A stretch of DNA of 62,962 nt, counting the filler, from Choristocarpus tenellus KU-1152 (Eukaryota; Protista; Phaeophyceae): assembly GCA_964200185.2 (NCBI GenBank). It is 13 parts of 13 records of this genome, joined end to end, with 100 filler letters (N's around TTAATTAATTAA, not from the genome) between each part and the next. Parts side by side here need not be neighbours in the genome. Positions count along the whole stretch, not along the records: positions 37,868 to 46,414 come from CAXNAD020004600.1; positions 46,515 to 58,187 come from CAXNAD020002190.1; 11 more parts are not named here. One strand, written 5' to 3'. This document shows positions 39,021-52,500 of the stretch, one piece after another. The notes below the pieces were generated by a model. That model ran no database searches. It saw only the letters and a list, made by a program, of their open reading frames with translations, and had not been told where the DNA came from. Each line of letters begins with the position of its first letter. Position 1 is the stretch's first letter. Both the position numbers and the translations under genes were made by a program.

Positions 39021-39284
39021 GAGTCAAGGTATCTTAGAGGGAAGAGCCGCGTCCGTTTGGGGGCGAAAATTCATTGTCCCGATTCTGATGTAACTTTGGC
39101 TATTGCTTTTGTTAGGAAGCGTCAATATCCTTGTTCCAGACATCCATCTTCATAAAACATACATTTTTCCCACCTCGAAATATTTCGGAGTAGGAAAATG
39201 TCATGAAAAATCCGTGGGAAGCCAAGCCCCAAACAGACAAACAGGAAATATCTCGTACCCTCTCTTAATAAGATACTTTCACTT
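39021..39284 (+). mobile_element. MITE family A copy
   Basis: GAGTCAAGGTATCTTAGAGGG...AAGATACTTTCACTT. Internal hairpin present. Confidence 0.88.
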
Positions 39285-39754
39285 TAGTGTATTTCTTTTT
39301 AGTGAGGGTTGCTCTCTACTGTGTCAATTGATAAGAAGCTGTCACCTTGACGTAAAATATAGCTCTGAAATATAACAAAAAATAAAAAAACGGGTAGCCA
39401 GCTCGGAAATCCAAGTGCAGGGGGAGTGCAGGCAAGTTGTAGTAGTACTTGCTTGGCATTTTTCCAATGACATCACAAAATGAAATATAATCGCAGTGCT
39501 CCCGTGTTTTCCACAACGGTGATATCGCCTTCCATTTTCTCGGGTAAGTGTACAACTGAGTCAGACCATAGTATCAAAAAACAGTCACCTGCCAACTTTT
39601 TTTTTCTTCTCCTCATAAGAGCTCCACAACAGTTACACAACAGTTACAACACCTCTAGATGTTTTTTTCCCGCAACACACACTATTTAGTTTAAAAAAAA
39701 AACTACTCATTAAAATAAATGATATAAACTTGAAAAAAAAAAAAATGATAACTT

Positions 39755-39795
<41 letters not shown>

Positions 39796-41247
39796 ATGAC
39801 GAACAACAGGTCATTTGGCCCGAAGTGCCCAACGACCCTTTCCTCATCAGTAGGGGCAATAACCAAGACCTGCCAGAAGAAGAAGAGCCTTCAATGAGCC
39901 AGCTACAACCAAGGGAAAGTGGAGGTGTGTGAGAGTACTTGCTTCCTCTTTGGTAGGAGGAGTCATAGTGTCCCTAGAGGGGGAGAACCGTGTTGAGCAC
40001 AAGGGGTCTCGATCTGTGACTGCCTTCCGGTACATGTAATCCTAGTACTTCGAAGGTGACTTCTTGTATGTATGTATATATATGGATGAACATTCTTATC
40101 CTCTTTTGTGCAGCCGCAGCCTCCTGGAGGGGGTTACACAAGCTTCATTTCGAGCATGGGAATGGGGGTATCAGGCAATAGATTTTTTCGAAAGCTCCTC
40201 TTGTACTCGAAAGGGTCTATATCAACCCCCAGGAGAGAGGGTGAAGATGTTGGGAGGTAGAAGACGGTGGGAAAGGACATGAAACGTTTTGGAACAGAAG
40301 AAGGAGGGGGGGGGGGGGAAGGGGAGAGGAGGGGGTGGAGTGGAGGAAGGAGACGAAGTCGTCCGCATTAATGAGATATCGCGACAGTCTGAGGGGATCT
40401 GTTTGTTTCAATAACTTACCGTTGCTGATTCCATACCCTGATCCCAACCTCGTATCCACAAAGCCTAACCCTAACCTCGAACAAAGAATTAAATTTAGCT
40501 CCAGTGCAGCTTAGGGTTCGTATTCCCAGGCAGGCATTGTACTAGTTTGATCTACTATTGTTAAGTTTACGGTGTTCAAATCTTAAATTTTAAATGTATT
40601 TAAATGTATTTTGATCTACTACTCAATGGGGATTTAAACGATATACATGCACTTCACACTTTCAAGATTTGAAAAAAGAAAATAAGAGGAAAGATGTTTA
40701 ATTGTGAACGATATCCGTCAAATGCACAAAAGGTAGCTTATTCAAATCAGACTGCCTTGTAGGGCTCAATTATAAAACTGTTGTTTAGACTCTGCAGAAA
40801 AACATGTGTGGAAACCTTGTGGTCAATATTTGGAACCAGGCTCAGACTCAGGCTCAGAATCGTCAGCAACATATACATCATGGTATACTCACCAATCTGT
40901 GGGAGGAGGGGTAGCAGTACCCATATCTGCCTGTACTCTAACCCTAAACTTTCTCGTCAGTCAACAATCTTATAATCCTAACAACCCCATCCTTAAAACC
41001 TTTATTCTTACGAAGTGGGAGAGTATTGGAAAAACATAAGGGGGTGATTTGGATGCAATAGAAATTGTCATACCCCTCCAATGACAATCTCGGCGGAGTT
41101 AAAAAAAAAAATGAATGCATCGTCTGCGGCTCCATTTTTCCTTTGTTATATTTTTACTACATAAATAAATATTAAAATATATTTATACATATATGGTTGG
41201 CATCTGCACTCCGACTCGTTTCGTTTCGCTTTGCTTCGCCCACGCAG

Positions 41248-41450
41248 GTTCTAGAAACCTCACACGGCAGTGGTCTGGTTTTGCTGGAGGGGGAGGAAAA
41301 AGACACAATAATGGTGTGGACCGTGAGGAAGACGTAGGAGGGATGTTGAGCAGACCAGAGGGGTTCGAGGGGACCTTGGGGAGGCAAGAGAGTGCCAGGC
41401 TGCCTACAATAAGCCCAAGCACAGCAACATTTTTGAAGGATGTGGATAAG
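41248..41450 (+). CDS. Probable exon of an unidentified gene
   Basis: gcag|...SRNLTRQWSGFAGG...TATFLKDVDK|gtgagt. Strong donor, no recognisable motif. Confidence 0.35.
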
Positions 41451-41896
41451 GTGAGTCCTTGGGATTAATGTATATTATAGTTGTTGTTGTGGTGAGAACG
41501 TGTATATGTATGTGTGTGTGTGTGTGTGTATTGCCTGCTTTTGTTTCTGTTCACAAAAATTATTTTGTTCCTATCATTCCAAACACTTTCCATACTTTTG
41601 TTTTTTACAGCAGAGTACAACACATGCATCTATGTAAGTACTACGCATCTTGTTTTTGTTTTTTTTTGGGGGGGGGAAGGGGGGGTGCGCGACCTTCTGA
41701 CATCTATAGACAGATATATCATCAGAGGGGTAGGTAGCAAGGATAGGATACAACAGCTGAACAGCGATGAATAGCACGAGGCCTCAATTAGGGGAACGTG
41801 CCACGGTCTAATCCAGCAGGAAAAATCCAGATTTCCACCAACCATGAATTTGGAACTCGACAGAGTGGTATGATGCTACATATCACTCATCGCCAA

Positions 41897-42413
41897 GACC
41901 CAAAGCATTTAAGAGGGTAGGGCCATGTCCGTTTGGGGTCACAAATCCAATGTTGCGATTTTGATCAATTTTTTGTTATCTTGTGTCGATATACTCGCTC
42001 CGGACACACCTTTCACAGTTGTATACATTTTACGTAATTGTGTTCACACAGAAAGCCGAAAAGAGCCAAAGTATATTCTTACAGGGTAGAGCCGCGTCCG
42101 TTTGGGGACCAAAATCCAATGTTGTGATTTTGATGTAATTTTGGCTATTATTTTGTTTGTTGGGAAGTGTCAATATCCTTGTTCCAAACACAGCTGTTTT
42201 TAAACATATACATTTTACCTACTTCGAAACATTTTGGAGTAGGTAAAATGTCATAAAAAGGCCGTGGGAAGCCAAGCCCCAAATGGACAAACAGGACAAA
42301 ATTCGTACCCTCTAAGATACTTTCACTCAAAGGGGCATAAAAAACCCATGGGAAGCCAAGCCCCGAACGGACAAATAGGGCAGAACTCATGCCCTCTTAA
42401 ACAGCTTTGGGTC
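41897..42413 (+). mobile_element. MITE subfamily A' containing a nested family A copy (42063-42328)
   Basis: Outer TIRs GACCCAAAGCATTTAAGAGGG...CCCTCTTAAACAGCTTTGGGTC. An uninterrupted A' homologue lies at 54402-54660. Confidence 0.85.
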
Positions 42414-44306
42414 AGATACCTTTCCTCTATTCACTACTATTATGGCTGTTGTTGGTGCAATCACGGGCTACGAACGGTGCATATGTTCACACAAAGTAGT
42501 TCCATACATTGCAATTTTATAATCGCAGTTCACGTTTTTTGACTATCTACTGAGCAGGAAGCTGGATGCAACTCATTGATGTCCAAACCCCAATCGTGAT
42601 GCTCATAGTGTCCTTAGAGGGGGTGTCAGGCGTCCATTCGAGGCCTGTGTGAACCTGCAGCGATTTTTGTGTCATCTGAGTGAAAGTGTCAGATGTAACG
42701 GCAATTTTCTTCATCATCTGTACGCACTTTCCTTTTCCATCCCAATGTCTGAACCAAATCAGAAGGAAAACAACCCTCAAAACGGGCATCAAACTGTGGT
42801 ATCTTACAACACCTCATCAAGCCCCGAATTGAAAACATGCTCCAAACTCCACCCGCTCTACGATACTACGGGTCTAAACCCCTGATAAACAAAAAAAATA
42901 GCTGTTCCTGCAAGCCCTCTTTTGGCTGAATAACATAAGCTCAGACAACAGCCAGCACAGCACCTTACAACCAAAGCATGAGGGGAACTAAACCGACATT
43001 ACTGCTGTGGCACAATCATTGTCAAGAATACTCAAAAGACAGTTGAGGAATGCATTTTCACGCATCTAACAAAACGACGAACAGCTCCTAAGTACACTAG
43101 GCACACGGTTTGTGGAACAGCAGCAACAACAACAAAAAATCGCGTCCCTTCCTCTTCACCTCCATCTCCTCCCCCACACCCCATCCGTACCCATTGCCTC
43201 CTGCCTCAAATGGTCGGGTGCATGGGACTGCAACTACACAGGAAGAGTTTCGCATACGGACAATGAGACTCAAGGGGTCACACGCGGAGGATGACATTGA
43301 CTCTGGAGACAAAGGAACAAAACACACCTCACTATCCCCTCAGTCGACCCGCCACTACCCACAAAGGCGCCGGAGTTGGCAGGCATGCCGACTGCATCAC
43401 CGACCCATCAACAGCAATAACAGGGATGAGGACCCAGGGGCAAGAGTCAGGGGGGGTAGTACCATAAGCAGGGATGGATGTTTTCACGGCGATTGCTGCG
43501 ACGGGGCGGAAACATGTGGGGACGGACGTGGGAGAAAGGGGTCGGTTCAGTCTATGTATGAAGGAGAAGGGACAAAAGGCAGCGGAGGTGGAGGAGGAGA
43601 TGGTGGCCATGACAGGTGTTGTGATGGCAATGGTGCTGGTGCTTGGAGAGGCAGGAGTAATAGTGGCGATGGTGGTTGTTGGAAAGGAGGAGAGATGGGA
43701 CGGGAAGCGGCTGGAATGGCAAGGCAGCAGGAGGGGTGGCACGAGGATGGACCTACAGTCTCAATGGGTAGGAGGGTTTCGCGAACTCCGCTCAGGAGTG
43801 GGGGGTCCTCGGGCCGTCTCTTGGAGAGTCGAGGGGGAGCGAGGAGCAGGTGAGGTGCTTGTTGGTAAAGGGGGCTTGAAAGAAGGGGGAGAGGAAGATT
43901 GGGTAGGAGCAGGGCTGTATGGAACCATGATGTACTCTATACTGATTATTGTGATCTTGAAGTGGTAAACATGGGGAAATTTATGAAGTAATCTGAGTTT
44001 TGTGGGCTGGAGAATTATGGTAGGAATGGTGTACAGGGGAGGAAGGGCGATTAGGGAAAAATTAAAATATTAAAGATTGGACGAAGAGTTAAGTACTGAG
44101 TGTCTAGGAGGCAGAAGAGGTAGGAGAGAAGTTAAAATGAATGAATGGTAGGTGGAAGCACGAGGTAAAGAGGAATGGTCAAAACGGAAGAAAAATCTCA
44201 GGCTGGTGGTATGGGACGAGGAGGGTTAGAACAAGACAATCTCTGAGCAATCTCTCCCACCCACCCACTCTTTTGCTTTCTCACGACCCACTGGAATGCT
44301 GGGTAA

Positions 44307-44568
44307 GAGTAAAAGTATCTTAGAGGGTACGAATTTTGACCTGTTTGTCCGTTTGGGGCTTGACTTCCCACAGGATTTTTCACGACACTTTCCTAATCGA
44401 AAATATATCGTAGTAGGTAAAATGTATACGTTATGAAAAGGTGTGTCCGGAACAAGGAGGATATTGACAATTCCTAACAGTCGCGATAGCCAAAATTACA
44501 TCAAAATCGCAACATTGGATTGTGGCCCCCAAATGGACGCGGCTCTACCCTCTAAGATGCTTTGGCTC
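44307..44568 (-). mobile_element. MITE family A copy with perfect 4-bp TSD (GTAA)
   Basis: gtaa|GAGTAAAAGTATC...TTTGGCTC|gtaa. Confidence 0.92.
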
Positions 44569-44714
44569 GTAAGGAGGGGGGGAGGTCAAGTTCGGGCAGG
44601 GTAGATGTCTTCTAGTTCAAAGGCACGGTATGAAGTGGATGATGAAGGGGTATTCTGGAAGATTGTGGAGTGGTATTGAGTTGTGTGGGGGAGAGTAGAG
44701 TGGTGGAAAGTGTT

Positions 44715-44978
44715 GAGTTGAAGTATGTTAGGGTTAGGGTACGATTTTTGCTCTGTTTGTCCGTTTGGGGCTTGACTTCCCACGGGTTTCTTATGACATC
44801 TTACATACTCCAAAATTTTGCAGAGTGGGGAAAATGTGTACATTATGAAAAGGTGTGGCTGGAACAAGATTATTGGCCCTTCCTAACAATCACGATAGCC
44901 AAAATTACATCAAAATCGCAGTATTGGATTTTGGTCCCCCAGACGGACACGGCCCTACCCTCTAAGATACTTTGGCTC
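44715..44978 (-). mobile_element. MITE family A copy, 4-bp TSD (TGTT), TIR containing TTAGGG repeats
   Basis: tgtt|GAGTTGAAGTATGTTAGGGTTAGGGTAC...TTTGGCTC|tgtt. Confidence 0.9.
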
Positions 44979-45590
44979 TGTTGGGGGGTTGAGTGGTGTT
45001 GGATGATGTTGGGAAGTGGAGAGTGGTAGAAAGTGTTGTAGGGGGGAGTGGCATTGAACGGTGTGGTGGGTTAGTAAGTGGTGTGAGGTTGGGTGGGGTT
45101 GGGTGGGGTTGAAGGGTGGGGTGGTGACTGGAAATCAGTGGCGAAGGGGGTTCGCACTGGTTGTTCATCAGATGTGGGGGGTGACTGGAAATCGGTGGCA
45201 AAAGGGGTTCACATTGTTTGGTCACAAGTGGTGGTACAATGAGGAGGAGGGGAATGGGTGGAATGCAAGCATAGAAAAAAGAGTAAATATACAGAATTCG
45301 TTACCAAAGCAAAACAAAGGTTGCTTGCATAATGCAACTCCACACCAATCTCAACGAGCATTACAATAGAACATGGTTGTTAGGATACAACATGATTGTT
45401 AGGATGCATCATGATTGTTACAATATAACATGGTTGATAAACAAGAAACTGTTTGGGTCATACTTCAGGTAATGATTGATTTGAGCAATGAGTGTACGAG
45501 GTGGGGACACTCAGATTGCTCTCAGAAAATGGATCGGTGGCAGCTATCCGCCAGCCCCAGCTTATCACACTGCTAATCAAAATAACTATG

Positions 45591-45630
<40 letters not shown>

Positions 45631-45692
45631 TTCCATGCATGCATTTTCCTGGCAAGCAAATGGACTCTCCGATGTAAATATCACCTACATAT

Positions 45693-45957
45693 GAGTGAAA
45701 GTATGTTAGGGTTAGGGTACGAGTTTTGCCCTGTTTGTCCGTTTGGGGCTTTGCCTCCCACGGTTTTTTTATAGGCATTTTGCTACTCTGAAATGTTTCG
45801 GAGTCAGTAGAATTTATACATTTTGAAAAAGTGTGTCCGGAACAAGGAGGATATTGACACTTGCTAGCAAACACGATAGTCAAAATTACATCAAAATCGC
45901 AACAGTGGATTTGACACCCAAAAGGACACGGTTCTACCCTCTAAGATGCCTTGACTC
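45693..45957 (-). mobile_element. MITE family A copy, TIR containing TTAGGG repeats
   Basis: GAGTGAAAGTATGTTAGGGTTAGGGTAC...AAGATGCCTTGACTC. Confidence 0.9.
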
Positions 45958-46514
45958 TAATTCGTTCCAACTTATGGCTGGCTGCCTTGTAACGTTGCTT
46001 GCTAGTCCCTCCATGACAACCATTGGCAATAATTTCAGCGGGAAGAATCTGTATACGTATAGCCATCAGATATGTATATTGTTTTTAAAAAATGGCTCTA
46101 AAGGTCAGAAGAGAATGCACATTCTGAACAGAGTGGTAGAGTGTTGTTGAGATTGACTATTTCCTCTGAAAGCGCACTGCAGTACGCAAACAAACACCCC
46201 TAAAAAATAAATAAAAAATAAAAAACTTGTTTCACATGGACTACTTGTTGCACACATCTCACAAATCATATGTGGCTCGATTCCTCCCTCTCCTTTCCCC
46301 CAGCAATAAAACTAAAAAAGCATTCCACCATCGTTGTAAAAAAGTCGTTGATATTTGTAGCACTCCCCGCAAACTGTATTTCTGGCCCCCAAACCACCCG
46401 AAGTGTCTGGGGGGNNNNNNNNNNNNNNNNNNNNNNNNNNNNNNNNNNNNNNNNNNNNTTAATTAATTAANNNNNNNNNNNNNNNNNNNNNNNNNNNNNN
46501 NNNNNNNNNNNNNN

Positions 46515-49500
46515 TGGCTGGTGCCCTCAAAAGGGCTGACCCGAATATGAATGAAGAAGCCATCCTCATGCGCGCCCTGAGGTATCATCTTAGCTACTGT
46601 TGTGTCAACTCCTATAACTTGATCTATGGTTAATAGTGTAGAGTGCTTCGATGTGATGTGTACATGATGTACGAAGCACAACACACCCACAACGGTCAGA
46701 GTGGGATTGTACAGTTGTAACTACTACTGAGGACGACCCTCTCTCTCATTCTGTTTTCCCCTCCATTTTTCTCTTGTTTTGCAGAGATATGAACCTTCCC
46801 AAGTTCATCAAGGATGATGAACGTCTGTTCCGCCTACTCCTGGGAGATTTGTTCCCGTCGCTGGAGCTACCAGTTTCAGAGTATGGTTCCCTTCAGGTTA
46901 GCAGATCATACCACTTTTTTTTTATAGGGCTTATCATATTGGTTGTGGAGCACCAGTACGCTGGAAATTTGAGGTATTGGCATTTCAGTCACGAGATATG
47001 TGGAAGATTCAGCATGTAGCTTTAAGCACTTGTTGAGGGAGTCAACTTGCTAAGACCCTCTACTCGGGCAGTCTAAGGATCACTGCTCCCAACTTGGCAT
47101 GGAACACTAACACAGGTAGCAATTGAGACTGAGCTCCAGAGCAAGGGTTTGCAACAACACCCCTTCCTCATCATGAAGATTATTCAGCTATATGACTCTC
47201 AGCTCACTCGTCACTGCAACATGCTTGTTGGCAGGTTAGTGCTTACCAACCAACGCTCAGTGGATGCGACCACAAAATATCTTGAGTCTAACTGACGCCT
47301 CGCACGACATGTGGAAAAAATGTTGAGTACCCCAATTTCTGCAGGGATTTCACCTTGTCAGAGTTGTAATGTACAAGGGCAAATTAGTGTTTTTTTGTGT
47401 TGCTTTCATGCTTTCCGCTTGGATTACAAACCAAGAACATACTACTCCCTTTACGATTATGGAAGGAGTGTCATGGGTAGGATAATGCAGGCTATAAACC
47501 ACAGTGATCTTTTTGATCCAAGTATCACCATCAACTTGAACAGGACAATGGCTGGAAAGTCCGTGGCCTGGAGAACGCTCATGAATGCAAAGACACAGAT
47601 GAACAAGAATGGAGTTGAAGGGTACCAGGCAGTAAGTTTGCACTTTCAGATCAACTTTATATTAATAATTCAGTACTGAGTTGTAGTGCTGAAGGCTGAG
47701 ATCACTCCCTCGTCCCTCCTCCTCTGTGCTCTTGTTTTCTATGTTTCCAAACCTTCCTTGGGTGCTATCATAGATGCCATAGACTCAAAGAGCTCCATAT
47801 ACATGTAGCATCTATCATTTATATGTATTCCCAACAAATAACCACATAAACCATGAGTATCCTACAACATCTACAGAAAACTCCCGAACAAGTTTATACT
47901 CTGTTGGATTTCACACATGAGCAACATGCGACCATTTTGTGCCTTTGCCTTATCAGGAGGGTTTCTGTTGGACTTCAAGTCCGGTTCTGTGTTATTGATA
48001 GATTATGAACAGATCTATTTTACATATGTTGAACTCTTCATTACATCAAACTAACAAGAATATGCGCTGGTCATTGATCCTATGCTGTTCATCGTTCTGC
48101 ATTTGATATGACCGCGCGCGATTTTGTGCCCATATGACTGAATTCTGGGCATTTTCAATCCAACTGTATCCTCGACTCAACACCTCCGTACTAGGTCACA
48201 CCATTGCTAATCAATCCTAAGTCCATATCACTCAGTGAGCTCTATGGGGCATATGACCTGTCAACATTTGAATGGGCGGATGGGATCTTGTCTACCATGT
48301 TCAAACGATCGGCAGAGTCTGAGAAACCAGACGAGAAGGTATGTGACTGAAGGCGCCACAAATGATAAGGCGAATGAAGGCGCCACAAATGATGTATGTG
48401 GAGGACGCATTGGATTTCTGAGCACAGCAGGATGCACTTCAGAAAGTCCTTGTCCTCAGAATACTCCATAAGACATTTCTGTTGTTGCCATGACACTGCG
48501 TTGTTGTCAGAGTTGGCTAGTGCTTCGCTTTAATGCACTTGCATGGAATGAATTACCTATGATTCAGTCCTAGATAAAACATGAAGTCTGTACAGCAGAC
48601 TTCATGTAAAGGAAGAATTGAGAGTGACATAAATATTTGGTCTCAATCACTTCCAATTTCTCCCTCACTTTGTACCCAGTGGATTATGTTTGATGGACCT
48701 ATTGACGCCTTGTGGATCGAGAGCATGAATTCCGTGATGGATGACAACAAGGTGAACCTCTAAATTTAGAGTAGTGCTCCCGTTTATACTAACTGAACGC
48801 AGAGTATGGGCTACACGCCCCAACTACCAGAGGGGTCTTTCTTCATGCTCCATGCAGCTATATATGTATTGTTAGGTTGGAAGTAGAGATACTATAGTGA
48901 GACTACTAGGTTGCTTTTGAATGATGCTTTTCAACAGGAGCAGACAACCACTTCTGGCTTCTGACTTCTTCCTTCTTCCCTATAACTCCTTCTGCCTACC
49001 CTCACTATCTTCTCTGTTGTCCCCGATTCCCTCCCTACAGATCCTGACACTCATCAATGGTGACCGTATCCCCCTGACAAGCTCTATGTCTCTCTTGTTC
49101 GAAGTGGAAGATCTGGCAGTGGCCTCACCAGCAACTGTCTCACGAGCAGGAATGATATTTCTCGATGTTGATGAGCTTGGTTGGGAGCCCTTTGTTTCAT
49201 CATGGCTAGACAAGAGGTGACACCTTGTTTCCTGGACTGACCCTGTACGTTTCTATATTTTTCAGAATCTACACAGACAGAGTAATGACAATGCCATGGC
49301 TGAACATAACCCCCAAGAGTCAAGCCAACTGAGAGGTAGGCAGGATTGCATTTTAAGGAACCCTAGAACGAGAAAAATATTTCAATTTTGTGCAATTGCT
49401 AAAAGAGACTTTGCGGATTTGTGATGTCAATTTGTTGGGGAAAGGGGCAATATCAATTTTGCGTACTCTATTGTGCAAATATGGCAAAGAAATAGAGGGT

Positions 49501-52500
49501 ATTGCACATAATAAGAAAGAAGGCTCAGAATGCAAAAAGGTCCAAACCTTTCCTCCTCTTGATTGGTTTGACTCCAAGCTTTTCTTATTTCTAACTTTCA
49601 AACAAACTCAACACTTGCAAAACAACAAATCAGATTTGAGGACGAAGAGGATGTGAAGAAATTCCATTCAGACTTGTTCGTCAAGTACGTCGAAAAGGTG
49701 CTATCTTTCAAGGAGGGAAATGTGGTGGAGCCTGTCCCCATCAGCGATTTCAATGCCGTGCAGTCCCTTTGCACTCTTTACGATGCCTTCTGCAACAATC
49801 CAGCTGTGAGGTGAACCTATAATTTCTATTGACGCTCCATTTACAATTGTCTAATAACCTCTCTGATCTATGACCCTCTTCCCATCTGCACTACAACTAT
49901 GCCCTACAATCCTACTCCACTTTCTTTGAACGCAAAACTCGACAAATGCTACCTCTACTCTATACCCCTCAGCGGATTGGAAAAGGACCAGGAAGGCTAC
50001 CTGGGACTGGCAGAAAAGTGGTTCATATTTTCCATGGTGTGGTCCGTCATGGCTGCCGCCAATGAGGAAGGAAGGAAAAAGTTAGACTCCTTCCTCAGGG
50101 ATGTGGAGGTAAGCACTGAAACAGTCAGATTGGCTCTTTTTTCCAGGGTATAGGCAATGATCTTGTTGCCAAAGTGCATCTTTGTCAAATCCATGGTATA
50201 CACTGCAAGAGGTCCAAAATTTTCTGTATTTGATAGACGATACTTTTTCTGACTGGGAAGGACAAAGACTGGGATGTGTTCTATCTGAGAGAGAAAATCG
50301 CTTGATCACTAAGAATTCTCACCACCTACCGATCTTTCCTTTCAGGCACAGTTTCCACCAACATCAACAGTGTACGACTATGTCGTAGATGTCAAGAAGA
50401 GAGACTGGGAGCCTTGGGAATCTAAGGTGCCATCCTTCCACTATATCAAGACTGCACCATTCCACAAAATGATTGTGCCAACAGTGGACACGGTGAGGGC
50501 AGGACAAAAAGTACTGACACAGTGGTGCTACTGTCTACACGTTTTGGGATAAGGATCCCAACAACTAGATCCAAGGCAGGCATAAGGAGGAATGGTGCAT
50601 GGTCTGCCTTTGAACCTTAATGGCCACCCTTTACTTCCTTCCTGACAAAAAAAAATCTTCTATATTTGTTGTAGTTCTCCTTGTATTCTGTTTTTTCAAC
50701 AATTGACAACTTGCTATTACTGAAGTGGACAATGCCTGCGACACAGACTCGAAACTCCTTCGTTTTGGGAACTCTTTGGGCGGCCAAGAAGCACACCCTG
50801 CTAGTTGGGTCAAGTGGCACTGGCAAGACCGTCCTTGTTTTCTCGGAGCTAGCACAATTGCCAGAGACACACTCACAGCTGGTTGTCAACTTCTCTGCAA
50901 CCACCGACTCAGGCACAACCCAGGTTTGGCATGGGGTTACAGAGGGGGCTCTACTGTTTTGCTGGTGTTTCTCCTCTCTCAAAAACTCTCCACTCAACCC
51001 AGGGCATCTATTGCTACTAACTAGCATAAATATATCAATTTCTAACAGTAGCAGTCTGGGAGTCGTCACCTCTAGTGCCTGAATACACTGCCCATACATA
51101 GTACCTCAAGTCAGTGGGAGGACTGGAGACTTCGAAACTTTTGGGGAGTAAACCCAGTGGAGATTTTTTGGGCTCTGATCTCGAACTTTGCCTTTCTTTG
51201 AGTCAAATTATCTTAGAGGGTAGAGCCTCGTCCGTTTGGGGGACAAAATCCAATGTTGCGATTTTGATGTAATTTTGGCTACTGTGTTAGGAAGTGTCAA
51301 TATCCCTCTTCTGTACACACGTTTTCATAACATATACATCTTACCTAGTCCGAAACATTTCGTAGTAGGACTATATCATAAAAAAAACCGGTGGGAAGCC
51401 AAGCCCCAAACGGACAAACAAGGCAAACCTCGTACACTCTAAGATACTTTTACTCTTTTCTTTTCTCGCTCCGTCAACATATCGATGAAGTCCCCAGCAA
51501 GTTAGAACCTATTATCTTTCGATCCAACAATTGGATCAGGCACATATGCTTGTTACAACTCCACCTGCCTAAAAGGTTCTTAGTCTATGTCATGTTAGAT
51601 ATTGCTAACATGTAATTTGATCTGGTTTGAAATATTTTCCAAGGATACACCCTTTCCACATTTTGGTCAGTTGGAACAATAATATGGTAGAATCTGACGC
51701 ATCTCGTTTCGCAGGGCAGGAAACGAAGTACTTGAAAATTTTCATGTCAATAGACTAACATGTCACATTTTCATTTAGTTGTACTTGAACCTTAGATTCT
51801 AGATATACAATTTCACCTTTATTCTAACACACACACACACACATATATATATATTTGTGTGTACATATGACTGACACAATATATCAGAGAGAGCATCTAT
51901 GTAGAACCTTCTTGAGCAAATGGATTCTCCATTGTGCATGTTGTAAAGACCCGTTAACACTGCATTGAAAAAAGATGTTTCCATCTCCTTTGCAGGCATG
52001 TATATATGCATATATCCTATATGATAATTCTATCTTATGCTATGCTATGAGGACCTTCAAGGTCCTACATGACAGGGGGCATTTCATGAACATGTAAGGT
52101 TTTTGAAAAAGAGAATCGCTTTTTTAACCTATCAGATATTGTTTCAAAAAATATTTTCCTTGATCAGGCAACTATCGAGCAGTCAATGGAGAAGAGGTCC
52201 AAAGACAAATTGGGGCCTTCCGGTGGAAAGCAATTGGTCATCTTCCTGGACGATTTCAATATGCCCATGAGGATCTCCCACGAATCTCCTTTCCAACCTC
52301 CCCTGGAGCTTCTTCGGTTCTGGATGGACTATGGGGGGTGGTGAGTTATAGATCAATTTCCTAATGCATCGGAAGTATATTTTTATGCAGATGGCTTGTG
52401 ATGTATACTTCTGTTTGCAGTGGGCTCTATTAACATCATCTCATTCCTTAGTGATGTGAAGAGCCAATTTGAATGTCTTCGAGCTAGAATTCTACTATTC

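Noticed and set aside
40497-40540. tRNA/SINE-like B-box (GGGTTCGTATTCCC); similar at ~20331-20372
   Set aside because: Too short and degenerate; no cloverleaf or second clear copy in the window.
43110-43968. 247-aa and 164-aa Gly/Arg-rich plus-strand ORFs
   Set aside because: Low-complexity purine-rich tract with no splice structure or recognisable domain.
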